Notes under the pieces: model-generated
The model's database searches: none
Told to the model about the DNA's origin: nothing
What the model saw: the letters and a program-made list of their open reading frames with translations, nothing else
Position numbers and translations under genes: made by a program
Shown here: positions 37,625 to 46,314 of the stretch, in pieces
How positions within the stretch are numbered: position 1 is the first letter of the stretch
Layout: each line of letters starts with the position of its first letter
From: Chloroflexota bacterium
Lineage (GTDB): Bacteria > Chloroflexota > Dehalococcoidia > Lucifugimonadales > Lucifugimonadaceae
NCBI GenBank assembly: GCA_002714425.1
Contig: PAXI01000005.1
Span: 100,877 to 164,876, forward strand
Reading direction: 5' to 3'
DNA length: 64,000 nucleotides

Positions 37625-38761
37625 CTATTTAGCAGATAAACCTTCAACTAATATTGAAACGTTATTTTCTATCCAATCAATATATGATTGATCGGCAGAT
37701 TTCATATTTTCAACAGTCATACCTGTAATAAGAGTTATACCTGTATCATCAACCATAGAATCTGCCATCTTTTTAGCTACGTTGTCTTCAACAATAAGAA
37801 AATTCGCTTTAGAGTCATTGATTACATCCAACATTTCTATATACTTAGAACTTGTAATCTCCAAATCTTCAAGGTTATAAGCATACACACTACCTGCAGC
37901 AGTTAATGAATACTTTGTAATCAAGTATCCTAATGATTCATGCATTGTTATAAAAGGAATACTTGAAATCATAGAATTATCGATTTTTTCTTTAGTTTGA
38001 GTAGCAAAATCAGCTAATTTTTTAGCATATGCAGACTGATTGTCAACATATGATTTTTCATTTTCAGAGTCTAAGGCTACCATAGTTTGACTAATTTTTT
38101 CTGTAGCAAGAATAACCCTATCTATATCGAACCAGAAATGTGGGTCAAACTCACCATGATCATGACCTTCATGACCAGCATGGTCGTCATGCTTATCTTC
38201 ATCACCGTGATCAGCATGGTCATCATGCTTATCTTCATCACCGTGATCAGCATGGTCGTCATGCTTATCTTCATCGCCGTGATCAGCATGGTCATCATGC
38301 TTATCTTCATCGCCGTGATCAGCATGGTCGTCATGGCCGTGGCCTTCATGATCATCATGACCATCTTCTTCAAAAGCCATAGGGTTGACATATGAAAGTA
38401 ACTCTACATGATTTATGTTATTCTCTTCAATAAATTTGATTAGAGAAGAACTTTCATATCCTTCCCCTATTAGGAAAAAAACATCAGATTCAGATATTTT
38501 TGTAAAATCTTTTGGAGTAAATTGATAATGATGCGCATCTGAATCATACGGAATCAGATTACTAATATCATTATTATTATCTCCATCAATATTTTTTATC
38601 CAGTCGGTAATTATGGGACTAGATGTAGTTATTGTCAGGTTTCCAATTTCTTTTTCTTCAGTAACTACTTCATCAGAAGAACATGCCAAAATTATTGAGA
38701 AAATTATCAACAATAGTGAAAAGGAAATTGCAGGACGAATATTATTTATTTTTTTGTACAA
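37625..38761 (-). CDS. znuA: ZnuA/TroA-type (cluster A-I) metal-binding lipoprotein with a His/Asp-rich loop
   Basis: TTG at 38761 gives MYKKINNIRPAISFSLLLIIFSIILAC, a model lipoprotein signal (the ORF track starts at 38809). The His-rich loop (HDDHADHGDEDK x4) is typical of ZnuA. Lies downstream of a Fur-family gene. Confidence 0.8.
   Translation of the reverse strand: MYKKINNIRPAISFSLLLIIFSIILACSSDEVVTEEKEIGNLTITTSSPIITDWIKNIDGDNNNDISNLIPYDSDAHHYQFTPKDFTKISESDVFFLIGEGYESSSLIKFIEENNINHVELLSYVNPMAFEEDGHDDHEGHGHDDHADHGDEDKHDDHADHGDEDKHDDHADHGDEDKHDDHADHGDEDKHDDHAGHEGHDHGEFDPHFWFDIDRVILATEKISQTMVALDSENEKSYVDNQSAYAKKLADFATQTKEKIDNSMISSIPFITMHESLGYLITKYSLTAAGSVYAYNLEDLEITSSKYIEMLDVINDSKANFLIVEDNVAKKMADSMVDDTGITLITGMTVENMKSADQSYIDWIENNVSILVEGLSAK
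38183..38326 (-). repeat. 4 x 36-bp perfect-period in-frame tandem repeat inside znuA
   Basis: Units at 38183-38218, 38219-38254, 38255-38290 and 38291-38326. They differ only at unit positions 4 (G/A) and 22 (A/G), both synonymous, with partial copies on each side. Confidence 0.95.
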
Positions 38762-39210
38762 TTTAAACACTCCATATATACAACAAGTTGGTGAGAAATT
38801 AAGTTCCAATCTTCATTAGAACTTATATTTTTCATAATTTTTTCAAATGCCGGAAAGTGTCTGTCTGTAACACAACCGCATTTTACGCAAAAAAGATGAT
38901 GGTGATGCCTTGAACTAGTAGATCTAGTGTAAACGGCTCCCCCATCTATATCTATTTTACATATTGAACCTATGTCTGATAAATTTTTTAGAATTCTAAA
39001 AATTGTTGCTCTTCCAATATCTGGAGCAGAACTAACAAGTTCCTCGGAACCAAAGGTATGTGAGTGATCTATTTCTTCAGACTCACAACATAAATCTCCA
39101 TCCAAATGATTGGAAGTTAATTCAAGTATTTTTTTGGTTACTATCTTTCTAGGCTTAGTAAGAGTAAAACCAGCATTATGTAGTTCTTGATCTAATAAAT
39201 TTTGAGACAT
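38746..39210 (-). CDS. zur: Fur-family metalloregulator, probably Zur
   Basis: 154 aa. Winged-helix region (GRATIFRILKNL) and two CxxC pairs (CVKCGC.., CLNC). Immediately upstream of, and overlapping, znuA. Confidence 0.65.
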   Translation of the reverse strand: MSQNLLDQELHNAGFTLTKPRKIVTKKILELTSNHLDGDLCCESEEIDHSHTFGSEELVSSAPDIGRATIFRILKNLSDIGSICKIDIDGGAVYTRSTSSRHHHHLFCVKCGCVTDRHFPAFEKIMKNISSNEDWNLISHQLVVYMECLNCTKK

Positions 39211-39242
39211 AGTATCATTTTACAGTAAAAAAACTACTGTGT

Positions 39243-40079
39243 CTAATAACCTGAATTAGACCTATAAGTAATCATCATTATAAAAATCAACACTAAAAAT
39301 AATGCTAAAAAGGCTTTCAAATAAATGTTTGTTATCAGTTTATAAATAATTCTATTTACTACTGACGATCTTTCAAATGAACCGTATATATGAATTCCAT
39401 TATTATGTTTGGGCATTATTAGTAAAGATATAATTAATCCGGATAGAATCCCACCTAAATGGGCAGCATTATCAATTCCCGACGAAATAAATCCAAAAAT
39501 CAAAGAAATTGATATTATGGTAATTATTGATATTAGATATTCCTTTGCTATATAACCAAACATATTTTTATTAAGATAAAAATATGTTAGCAAAGAGGCA
39601 AGAACTCCAAATACAGATCCACTTGAGCCTACTCCAAGGTAAGGGCTAAAATAAAAACTAAAAGTATTGCCATAAATTCCTGATAAAACATAGATAGCGA
39701 CAAACTTCATTGAACCTAGTTTTTTTTCAATAATTGATCCAAAAACTAAAATACCAAATAAATTTGTAACAAGATGAAAAATATCAGCGTGTAAAAAAAT
39801 CGGAGTTAGCAGTCTCCAAAATTCACCATTTATTATTCCATAACTCGATTTAGCTCCAATTTCTATTATTTTTCCATCAAGCAACAAGTCTAATAATAAA
39901 ACTAAAATATTTACTGAAGCAAGCAATATTGTTATAGGACACTCTTTTCTACTTAGAGAAATGTTGAAAATTCCACTGCCACTTGACTGATAATTATAAT
40001 TACGAACATAATTACCCTTACAATCTACACAAGTACAGTAAGGGGGGCATTCATCACTATATTGTCTATTTGAAGGCAT
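39243..40079 (-). CDS. rhomboid-family intramembrane serine protease with a Cys-rich N-terminal extension
   Basis: 278 aa. GVGSSGSVFG (catalytic Ser) and AHLGGILSG (catalytic His). N-terminal CPPYCTCVDC. Confidence 0.85.
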   Translation of the reverse strand: MPSNRQYSDECPPYCTCVDCKGNYVRNYNYQSSGSGIFNISLSRKECPITILLASVNILVLLLDLLLDGKIIEIGAKSSYGIINGEFWRLLTPIFLHADIFHLVTNLFGILVFGSIIEKKLGSMKFVAIYVLSGIYGNTFSFYFSPYLGVGSSGSVFGVLASLLTYFYLNKNMFGYIAKEYLISIITIISISLIFGFISSGIDNAAHLGGILSGLIISLLIMPKHNNGIHIYGSFERSSVVNRIIYKLITNIYLKAFLALFLVLIFIMMITYRSNSGY

Positions 40080-40962
40080 TTTCTGCCTGAATAATATCTA
40101 TTTTTGGCATTGCATCTATAATATTGTTTTCTACTGAAAGTTCGTACAACTTTGACAATGCTTCCCTACCCTGCTCTCCCATATCAATAGTATCTTCATT
40201 TACATACATATTTATAAATTTCTTTATATTCTCATTACTTTCATCCAGAGAAGAAATTTTTTTTGAATATTGGATTGCATCATCCATATTTTCTAAAGCA
40301 TACTTAATGCTAGCTAGTGAAACATTTGCTATGTCTTTACATAATTTTTCATCTAACTGTCTACAAACTACATCTAAGCCCAAAGGCAATGGCAAGCCAG
40401 TTTCTTGGTACCAAGACTCTCCTAGATTTAATACTAAATTAAAACCTCTTTTTTCATATAATATTTGGCCCTCATGAAGTAAAATTCCAAGTTGCGCTTC
40501 ACCACTTTTTACTGTTTTTTCAACATCATCAAAATCAACAAATAATGGCGTGCAGTTTATTTTGGCAAAAATTCTAAATAGTGCCCAAGATGTTGTATCT
40601 TTGCCTGGAACTGCTATTTTGGATCCTTCATATTCATTAATAACGGAATTAGTTTTTGTCGAAACTACTACAGGACCATAATTTCTTCCCATAGAAGAAC
40701 CACAAGACATGATCCTATATTTGTCAGATACTGACGGATATTTTGAGGCAGAAATGGCCGTAACCTGATAAATATTCTTTTCAGAAATTGAATTTAGAGT
40801 TTCAATATCTGCCATGTAATGATCGATTGAGTAACCAGGAATACTAAATTTACCTTTGGCAATCCCGTAATACATGAATGCATCATCAGAGTCAGGACTA
40901 TGTGCAAAAATTAATTTTTTATCTGATAGCATTCTCTGTTTCTTTCTTTGGAACAATTTCAT
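40066..40962 (-). CDS. mqnD: 1,4-dihydroxy-6-naphthoate synthase-like (MqnA/MqnD family PF02621)
   Basis: AHSPDSDDAFMYYG resembles the MqnD SPCPNDTFxFY N-terminal motif. Alternative ATG at 40932. Confidence 0.7.
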   Translation of the reverse strand: MKLFQRKKQRMLSDKKLIFAHSPDSDDAFMYYGIAKGKFSIPGYSIDHYMADIETLNSISEKNIYQVTAISASKYPSVSDKYRIMSCGSSMGRNYGPVVVSTKTNSVINEYEGSKIAVPGKDTTSWALFRIFAKINCTPLFVDFDDVEKTVKSGEAQLGILLHEGQILYEKRGFNLVLNLGESWYQETGLPLPLGLDVVCRQLDEKLCKDIANVSLASIKYALENMDDAIQYSKKISSLDESNENIKKFINMYVNEDTIDMGEQGREALSKLYELSVENNIIDAMPKIDIIQAENAFK

Positions 40963-42040
40963 AGTTTGTTAATCTCTCTGTCGGAATAAAACCAGCTTCC
41001 GAAATCATATCTTTTATCTCATCTTCTGTTGTCCTATTATAAAAACCAGCAGCTAACATTACATTTTCATCAAATAGTGTTCCTCCAAAATCATCTGCAC
41101 CAAACCTCAACGCAATTTGTCCAGTTTTTTTCCCTTCTGAAAACCAAGATGCCTGTATATGAGGTATGTTATCCAGCATGATTCTAGAAACAGCTATAAT
41201 TCTAAGATATTCATTTGGCCCAGATTCTTGCGATACTTTTTTTGCTAGCGCTGTATTGTCTTTTTTATAAGACCAAGGAATGAATGCAGTAAAACCGCCA
41301 TTATTACCATTTTGTAAAGCGTCATCCTGAACCAATCTTATGTGATCTAAAGATTCTATGACATGATGCATTTTTTCAACATGCCCATACATCATGGTTG
41401 CAGTAGTCTTAAAGCCTACACTATGTGCTGCTCTATGAACTTCTGTCCATTGATCAATAGTATTTTTCGGCTTGAATCTAGAAATTTCAGACTTTACTTC
41501 ATTCGATAAAATTTCTGACCCCCCTCCAGGCATAGATCTTTGGCCTGCGTCCCATAGAGATTTGAAAACTTCCTTGTATGACATTTCTCCTACCTCAGAC
41601 ATTCTTATAATTTCTGGAGCTGACCAAAAGTGAGGTGTTATATTAGGAAATCGTTTTTTTGTCTCTTTGACCATATCAATATAATAATCAAAAGATAAAT
41701 TACTATTTAAACCTCCTTGCATTAGCACAGTTCTCACTCCATTTTTTTCTGCTCTTGAAATTTTATCCATAATTTGGTCAACAGTGTATGTATATGCAGA
41801 GGGATCGTTTTCATCAGTTCTATAGAATGCACAAAAAGAGCAATATGCATCACAAATATTTGTATAATTTAGATTAGTATCTACGACATATGTGACATTA
41901 TTTTTAGGGTTATGTTTTGTTCTCCAATAATTAGCAAGTGGTATTAAATCTAATAATTCAGATTCCTTGAGTAGCCAAATTCCTTCTTCTATACTTATTC
42001 TTTCAGAGTTAAATATTTTTTTTGAAATTTTACTTAGCAT
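40919..42040 (-). CDS. mqnC: radical SAM menaquinone-biosynthesis enzyme, probably cyclic dehypoxanthine futalosine synthase
   Basis: 373 aa. NYTNICDAYCSFCAF CxxxCxxC cluster in a CofH/MqnC/MqnE-type barrel. The MqnC versus MqnE call rests on context and is tentative. Confidence 0.65.
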   Translation of the reverse strand: MLSKISKKIFNSERISIEEGIWLLKESELLDLIPLANYWRTKHNPKNNVTYVVDTNLNYTNICDAYCSFCAFYRTDENDPSAYTYTVDQIMDKISRAEKNGVRTVLMQGGLNSNLSFDYYIDMVKETKKRFPNITPHFWSAPEIIRMSEVGEMSYKEVFKSLWDAGQRSMPGGGSEILSNEVKSEISRFKPKNTIDQWTEVHRAAHSVGFKTTATMMYGHVEKMHHVIESLDHIRLVQDDALQNGNNGGFTAFIPWSYKKDNTALAKKVSQESGPNEYLRIIAVSRIMLDNIPHIQASWFSEGKKTGQIALRFGADDFGGTLFDENVMLAAGFYNRTTEDEIKDMISEAGFIPTERLTNYEIVPKKETENAIR

Positions 42041-42050
42041 ATTTTTTCCC

Positions 42051-42836
42051 CTAGTATAAAGAATCCCATATATTCAAAGTTTCTAACCTTTTCCTAAATT
42101 CTAACTGGCCTTTTCTACACTCATCATCAAGTATATAGGTAAAATTACGAATATAACTAATTATCTCATTTTTATCAAAAAAATGACCAGAAAAATTTCG
42201 AGCTAACTTATCTAAATTCTTATTACTTAATTTTATACTATTTTTTATATTTTCTGAAAGAATATCTGATTCTTCTAGAGAGCTTTGATTTGAAACCCAT
42301 TCAGCAAAAACAAAGGGTAATCCTGTTAATTCTTTCCAAATCAATGCCAAGTCACAAGCAATTTTATACAAACCAGATTTTTTAGCTTCTATTGCAGGAT
42401 CTCCAATTACTAAAGATGCATCATGGGGAGAACCTTCCTTAACAAACTCATAATTTTCTAATGACCAATAATCTCTTAAAAGAATTCTAAGTAGTTGAAC
42501 TGAAGTAGCTGAGTGAGATGTTACTGCGAAAATTATTTTTTTCTTTCTAAATTTTAATTTAGAAATACTAATATCTGAAAAAACAAAAACACTTTTGGCA
42601 TCATTTTTACAAGCAACTCCAATATTTGATAAAGGGGTTATTTTTTCTCCCAACCTAATAATTTCTGCATAAGGTATAGGGCCTGCAAAAATTTTATTTT
42701 CTTCTATAGATTTTGCCATCTCTCTAGGTGTGTATGGATGGAAAGAATATTTACTTTCGGATAGATTGGAATAAAAAACAGCAGAATTAAGGTAAGTCAT
42801 ATGACCCAATTTAATTTGCTTGCTAGGTTTATTCAT
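42051..42836 (-). CDS. mqnA: chorismate dehydratase (futalosine pathway)
   Basis: IKLGHMTYLNSAVFY matches the MqnA G.I.YLN..P N-terminal motif. ATG at 42836 overlaps the mqnE stop (ATGAATAA). The ORF track starts at 42905. Confidence 0.7.
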   Translation of the reverse strand: MNKPSKQIKLGHMTYLNSAVFYSNLSESKYSFHPYTPREMAKSIEENKIFAGPIPYAEIIRLGEKITPLSNIGVACKNDAKSVFVFSDISISKLKFRKKKIIFAVTSHSATSVQLLRILLRDYWSLENYEFVKEGSPHDASLVIGDPAIEAKKSGLYKIACDLALIWKELTGLPFVFAEWVSNQSSLEESDILSENIKNSIKLSNKNLDKLARNFSGHFFDKNEIISYIRNFTYILDDECRKGQLEFRKRLETLNIWDSLY

Positions 42837-43950
42837 ATACCTTAATTTCATTATATAGTGCATCTCTTTCCACTGGTATTCTTCTAGCTTCTTTAATAGA
42901 TGCAACCATTTTTGCCTTTGCTACACCTGCAGGAGATTCTGCTAAAGCAGCATGAGCTATTCTTTCTTTACCAATGGTACCGTCCAAGTCATTAGCCCCG
43001 AAGTTTAGCCCAATACTTGCCGTAGCCTCCCCAAGCATAACCCAGTAGGCTTTAACATACTTAATGTTATCAAGCATTAGCCTTGCTACTGAAATCATTT
43101 TCAAGTCATCCATAGGAGGCGTGTGTCTAGGACGAAGTTTTGTCATGCCTATTTGATATTCTAGAGGTATAAATGCTAAAAACCCACCTGTTTCGTCTTG
43201 AATTTCTCGCAACCTGATTAAGTGATCGATTCTTTCTTCATAATTTTCAACATGGCCATACAAGAGTGTACAGTTTGTAGGGATACCCATATTGTGAGCT
43301 ATTTTATGTATATCTGCCCATCTATCAGCATTAGCCTTCCCAGGTAACAACATTTTATGAACTCTAGACGAAAATACTTCAGCTCCACCACCAGGCATTG
43401 ATTGAAGACCTGCTTCTTTTAGTATGGCTAAGGATTCTTCTGGAGGAACCTTCCATCTTCTTTGAAAATAGTCTATTTCAGATGCGGTAAAGCCTTTTAT
43501 TTGCACACTTGGATTTTTTTTGTGTATTTCTCTCACCATCTCAACATAATATTCAAAAGGCCATTTTGGATGATGGCCGCCTACAATATGTATTTCATGA
43601 ATTTCATCATCAACATGGTCAAGAATTTCTTCCATGTTCATAGCATAAGCACCCTCTTCACCAGGTTTTTTTGCAAAATCACAAAATTTACAACTTAATA
43701 CACAAATATTCGTTGGATTGAGTTGCCTATTAAGTACAAAATAAACCTTATCACCAGTAACTCTTTTTTTTGCAAAATCTGCAATTCGACCAATTGCGGA
43801 TAAATCATCTGATTCAAAAAGCTTTATTCCATCTGACATGGTCAATCTTTCATGATTTTGAACTTTATCCCAAACAGCAAACAAATTTTTGTCCGTAATG
43901 TTAATTTCTATTGATAAATTCGGTTGAGCTAATTTGTGTAAAGATGCCAA
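42829..43950 (-). CDS. mqnE: radical SAM enzyme, probably aminofutalosine synthase
   Basis: 373 aa. NPTNICVLSCKFCDF cluster and HIVGGHHP. Adjacent to the ubiD/ubiX/ubiA genes, as MqnE is in Streptomyces (from memory). Confidence 0.65.
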   Translation of the reverse strand: MASLHKLAQPNLSIEINITDKNLFAVWDKVQNHERLTMSDGIKLFESDDLSAIGRIADFAKKRVTGDKVYFVLNRQLNPTNICVLSCKFCDFAKKPGEEGAYAMNMEEILDHVDDEIHEIHIVGGHHPKWPFEYYVEMVREIHKKNPSVQIKGFTASEIDYFQRRWKVPPEESLAILKEAGLQSMPGGGAEVFSSRVHKMLLPGKANADRWADIHKIAHNMGIPTNCTLLYGHVENYEERIDHLIRLREIQDETGGFLAFIPLEYQIGMTKLRPRHTPPMDDLKMISVARLMLDNIKYVKAYWVMLGEATASIGLNFGANDLDGTIGKERIAHAALAESPAGVAKAKMVASIKEARRIPVERDALYNEIKVYE

Positions 43951-45689
43951 TTCTTATCTACTTTCTTAATTATATCTTCGCTCATTACTAGTGGCTTTTG
44001 GTAGCCTTCTTTCCATGTTGCATCAATTCCCATAACCCCAGAATAAACTGGCGCTATATTTACAAATTTCGAATTTGAGAACATAACATCCCTTACAGCA
44101 TCAAAGCGCGTAAAAATTCCCCAAATAAGATTTTCATCATCATATATATCTACATCATCTGAAACAACCACTATTAATTTTATTTTACTTAATAATGGAT
44201 TTTCCAGTGCAGAAATTAGAGTATCTCTTCCATTATTTTTTGTCGCTATAACTAATAATGTGTTTGAGATAAACCTATGTGCATATACATTGGGAATAAT
44301 ATCTTTCAGATTCCCAGGTAAAGGAATAGCACCAAAATTATTGTCAACATTTTTTCCAGAGGTTGCATCAAGAATCATTTTTGAACCTCTATTTATTGTT
44401 CCACTTGTGAAATCTAAGGTATCTGCTGCTGTTTTAGACAATAAATGGAAGCCAGATTCTGGATTAAAGTTTTTTCTAAAAGATTGCAAAACTTCTTTAT
44501 AATTTTTTGGATTAACATTATGGTCAACAAGTATAAGAGTTTTAGTTAATGATAATTGGCCTTCACCTAACAAACCTAGTGCAGTCTTCAATGGTTCTTG
44601 TTCATACCTATTATCCACAGAAACCACCAATAAATTATGAAAACCAGCTTCATAATATGCCCACATATCAACAACATCTTTTCTAATAATTTTTATTAGC
44701 GGAGTTAATGCCAATTGAGCTGCATCACCAAGAAACTTATCTTCCTGAGGCGGTTTGCCAACAACAGTTGCTGGGTATACTGGATTTTTTCTAGAGGTGA
44801 TGCTAGTAATTTCAAAAACAGGATGATCATCTGCCTGCGAGTAGTGACCAAAATGATCACCAAAAGGGCCTTCTAATCTTCGAACTCCAGGCTGGAGTCT
44901 ACCTTCAAAAATAAATTCAGCATTTGCTGGAACATTCAAGTCAACAGATTTAGCTTTTGTAATAGGAGTCCTTATACCTCTTACTATTCCTGAGAAAGCT
45001 ACTTCGTCTAAGCCTTCAGGGAGAGGCATTATAGAGGCTAAAATTAGACTCGGGTCTCCTCCTACAGCTACAGCCATATCTAGTGGTTGATTTAATTTTT
45101 CTGCATTTTGATAATGAAAGCCCCCTCCTTTTTGAATTTGCATATGCATACCTGTAGTAAGAGAATCGTAAACTTGCATCCTGTACATACCCATGTTCAT
45201 TGTATTATCCTTAGGATCTTTTGATACAACTAATGGGAGTGTTATGAATCTTCCACCGTCTTCAGGCCAACATTTCAAAACTGGGATTTGGTCAAGATTA
45301 TATTTATTTTCCTCCTGTTGAACAATTGCACCTCTAACTTTTTTTGGTCTAATTTTCAAAAGCCTCCATAAAGTTTTTTTATTCCTCCAAAAAGATGATA
45401 TTTTGGGAGGATTTATGTCTTGAACGAATGATAATATTTCCTCGCCTAATTCTTCTGGAGGTCTTCCTATAGCAATCTCTAATCTTTTCATGCTAGCCAT
45501 AGAGTTAATTACTAACGGTACATTCGAGCCAATAACATTTTCGAATACAATTGCCGGGCCTTCTTGCTTAACTGCGCGTATAGCAATTTCTGTAACTTCT
45601 AATTCAGGATCTACTGGTTCAGTAACTCTAATAAGTTCACCTTGTTTTTCAAGTTCAAATATGAAAGATTGAAAATCAGTAAAAGACAA
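43929..45689 (-). CDS. UbiD-family (menaquinone-pathway) decarboxylase
   Basis: 586 aa. UbiD-fold motifs (GGRFITLP, NMGMYR, GGDP) in an mqn operon context. Confidence 0.85.
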   Translation of the reverse strand: MSFTDFQSFIFELEKQGELIRVTEPVDPELEVTEIAIRAVKQEGPAIVFENVIGSNVPLVINSMASMKRLEIAIGRPPEELGEEILSFVQDINPPKISSFWRNKKTLWRLLKIRPKKVRGAIVQQEENKYNLDQIPVLKCWPEDGGRFITLPLVVSKDPKDNTMNMGMYRMQVYDSLTTGMHMQIQKGGGFHYQNAEKLNQPLDMAVAVGGDPSLILASIMPLPEGLDEVAFSGIVRGIRTPITKAKSVDLNVPANAEFIFEGRLQPGVRRLEGPFGDHFGHYSQADDHPVFEITSITSRKNPVYPATVVGKPPQEDKFLGDAAQLALTPLIKIIRKDVVDMWAYYEAGFHNLLVVSVDNRYEQEPLKTALGLLGEGQLSLTKTLILVDHNVNPKNYKEVLQSFRKNFNPESGFHLLSKTAADTLDFTSGTINRGSKMILDATSGKNVDNNFGAIPLPGNLKDIIPNVYAHRFISNTLLVIATKNNGRDTLISALENPLLSKIKLIVVVSDDVDIYDDENLIWGIFTRFDAVRDVMFSNSKFVNIAPVYSGVMGIDATWKEGYQKPLVMSEDIIKKVDKNWHLYTN

Positions 45690-45693
45690 TTAT

Positions 45694-46314
45694 TTATTCT
45701 CCTTTATTTACACCTAGCCACGGTTTTAATAATTTATTTTCAAATCCTAATAAAGATAGTATTCTACCAGCAACAGTATCAACAAGATCAGAAATACTTT
45801 TAGGCTTATGGTAGAAACCTGGTGAAGCTGGCAAAATAATACCTCCGGCTTCTGTAATTGAGGTCATATTTTTTAGATGAACAAGACTAATTGGCATTTC
45901 TCTAGGAACAATAATCAATCTTTTCCTTTCCTTTAGACATACATCTGCAGCTCTTTCTATGAGGCCATTTGAAATACCATTTGCTACTCTACCAATAGTT
46001 CCACCTGAACATGGAACGATGGCCATACCTGTAACTGGATATGACCCTGAGGCAATGGGCGCAGAAACATCTTTAGAATTGTATATTTCAAGAGACCCTT
46101 TGGGCTTGTTAACCTCTGACCAAGCTAGTAGTGTATCGTATGTGTTTTCAAGCTTATTATCTAGTAAAATCCCCTCTTCAACTTCGAGAACTTTTCTACC
46201 TGCATCAGATACCACAACCTTTATTTCATGCTCAGAAAGTAATAATTGCTGTAGGACTCTCCTAGTGTAAGGAACACCACTAGAACCAGATATTGCTAAA
46301 GTGTATATGCTCAT
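45694..46314 (-). CDS. ubiX: flavin prenyltransferase UbiX
   Basis: 206 aa. AISGSSG.. N-terminus and the typical UbiX/Pad1 flavoprotein core. Confidence 0.9.
   Translation of the reverse strand: MSIYTLAISGSSGVPYTRRVLQQLLLSEHEIKVVVSDAGRKVLEVEEGILLDNKLENTYDTLLAWSEVNKPKGSLEIYNSKDVSAPIASGSYPVTGMAIVPCSGGTIGRVANGISNGLIERAADVCLKERKRLIIVPREMPISLVHLKNMTSITEAGGIILPASPGFYHKPKSISDLVDTVAGRILSLLGFENKLLKPWLGVNKGE

Noticed and set aside
38183-38326. Possible CRISPR array or other non-coding repeat
   Set aside because: The units are directly adjacent with no spacers and are in frame. They encode an identical peptide inside a recognisable ZnuA protein, and no cas genes are present.
38087-38395. Three 80-102 aa ORFs on alternative frames and strands (38087..38395 +, 38122..38391 -, 38140..38382 +)
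   Set aside because: All are repetitive read-throughs of the 36-bp znuA tandem repeat (periodic MVVMLIFI / HGHHAYLHHRDQ peptides). They are frame shadows of the His-rich loop.
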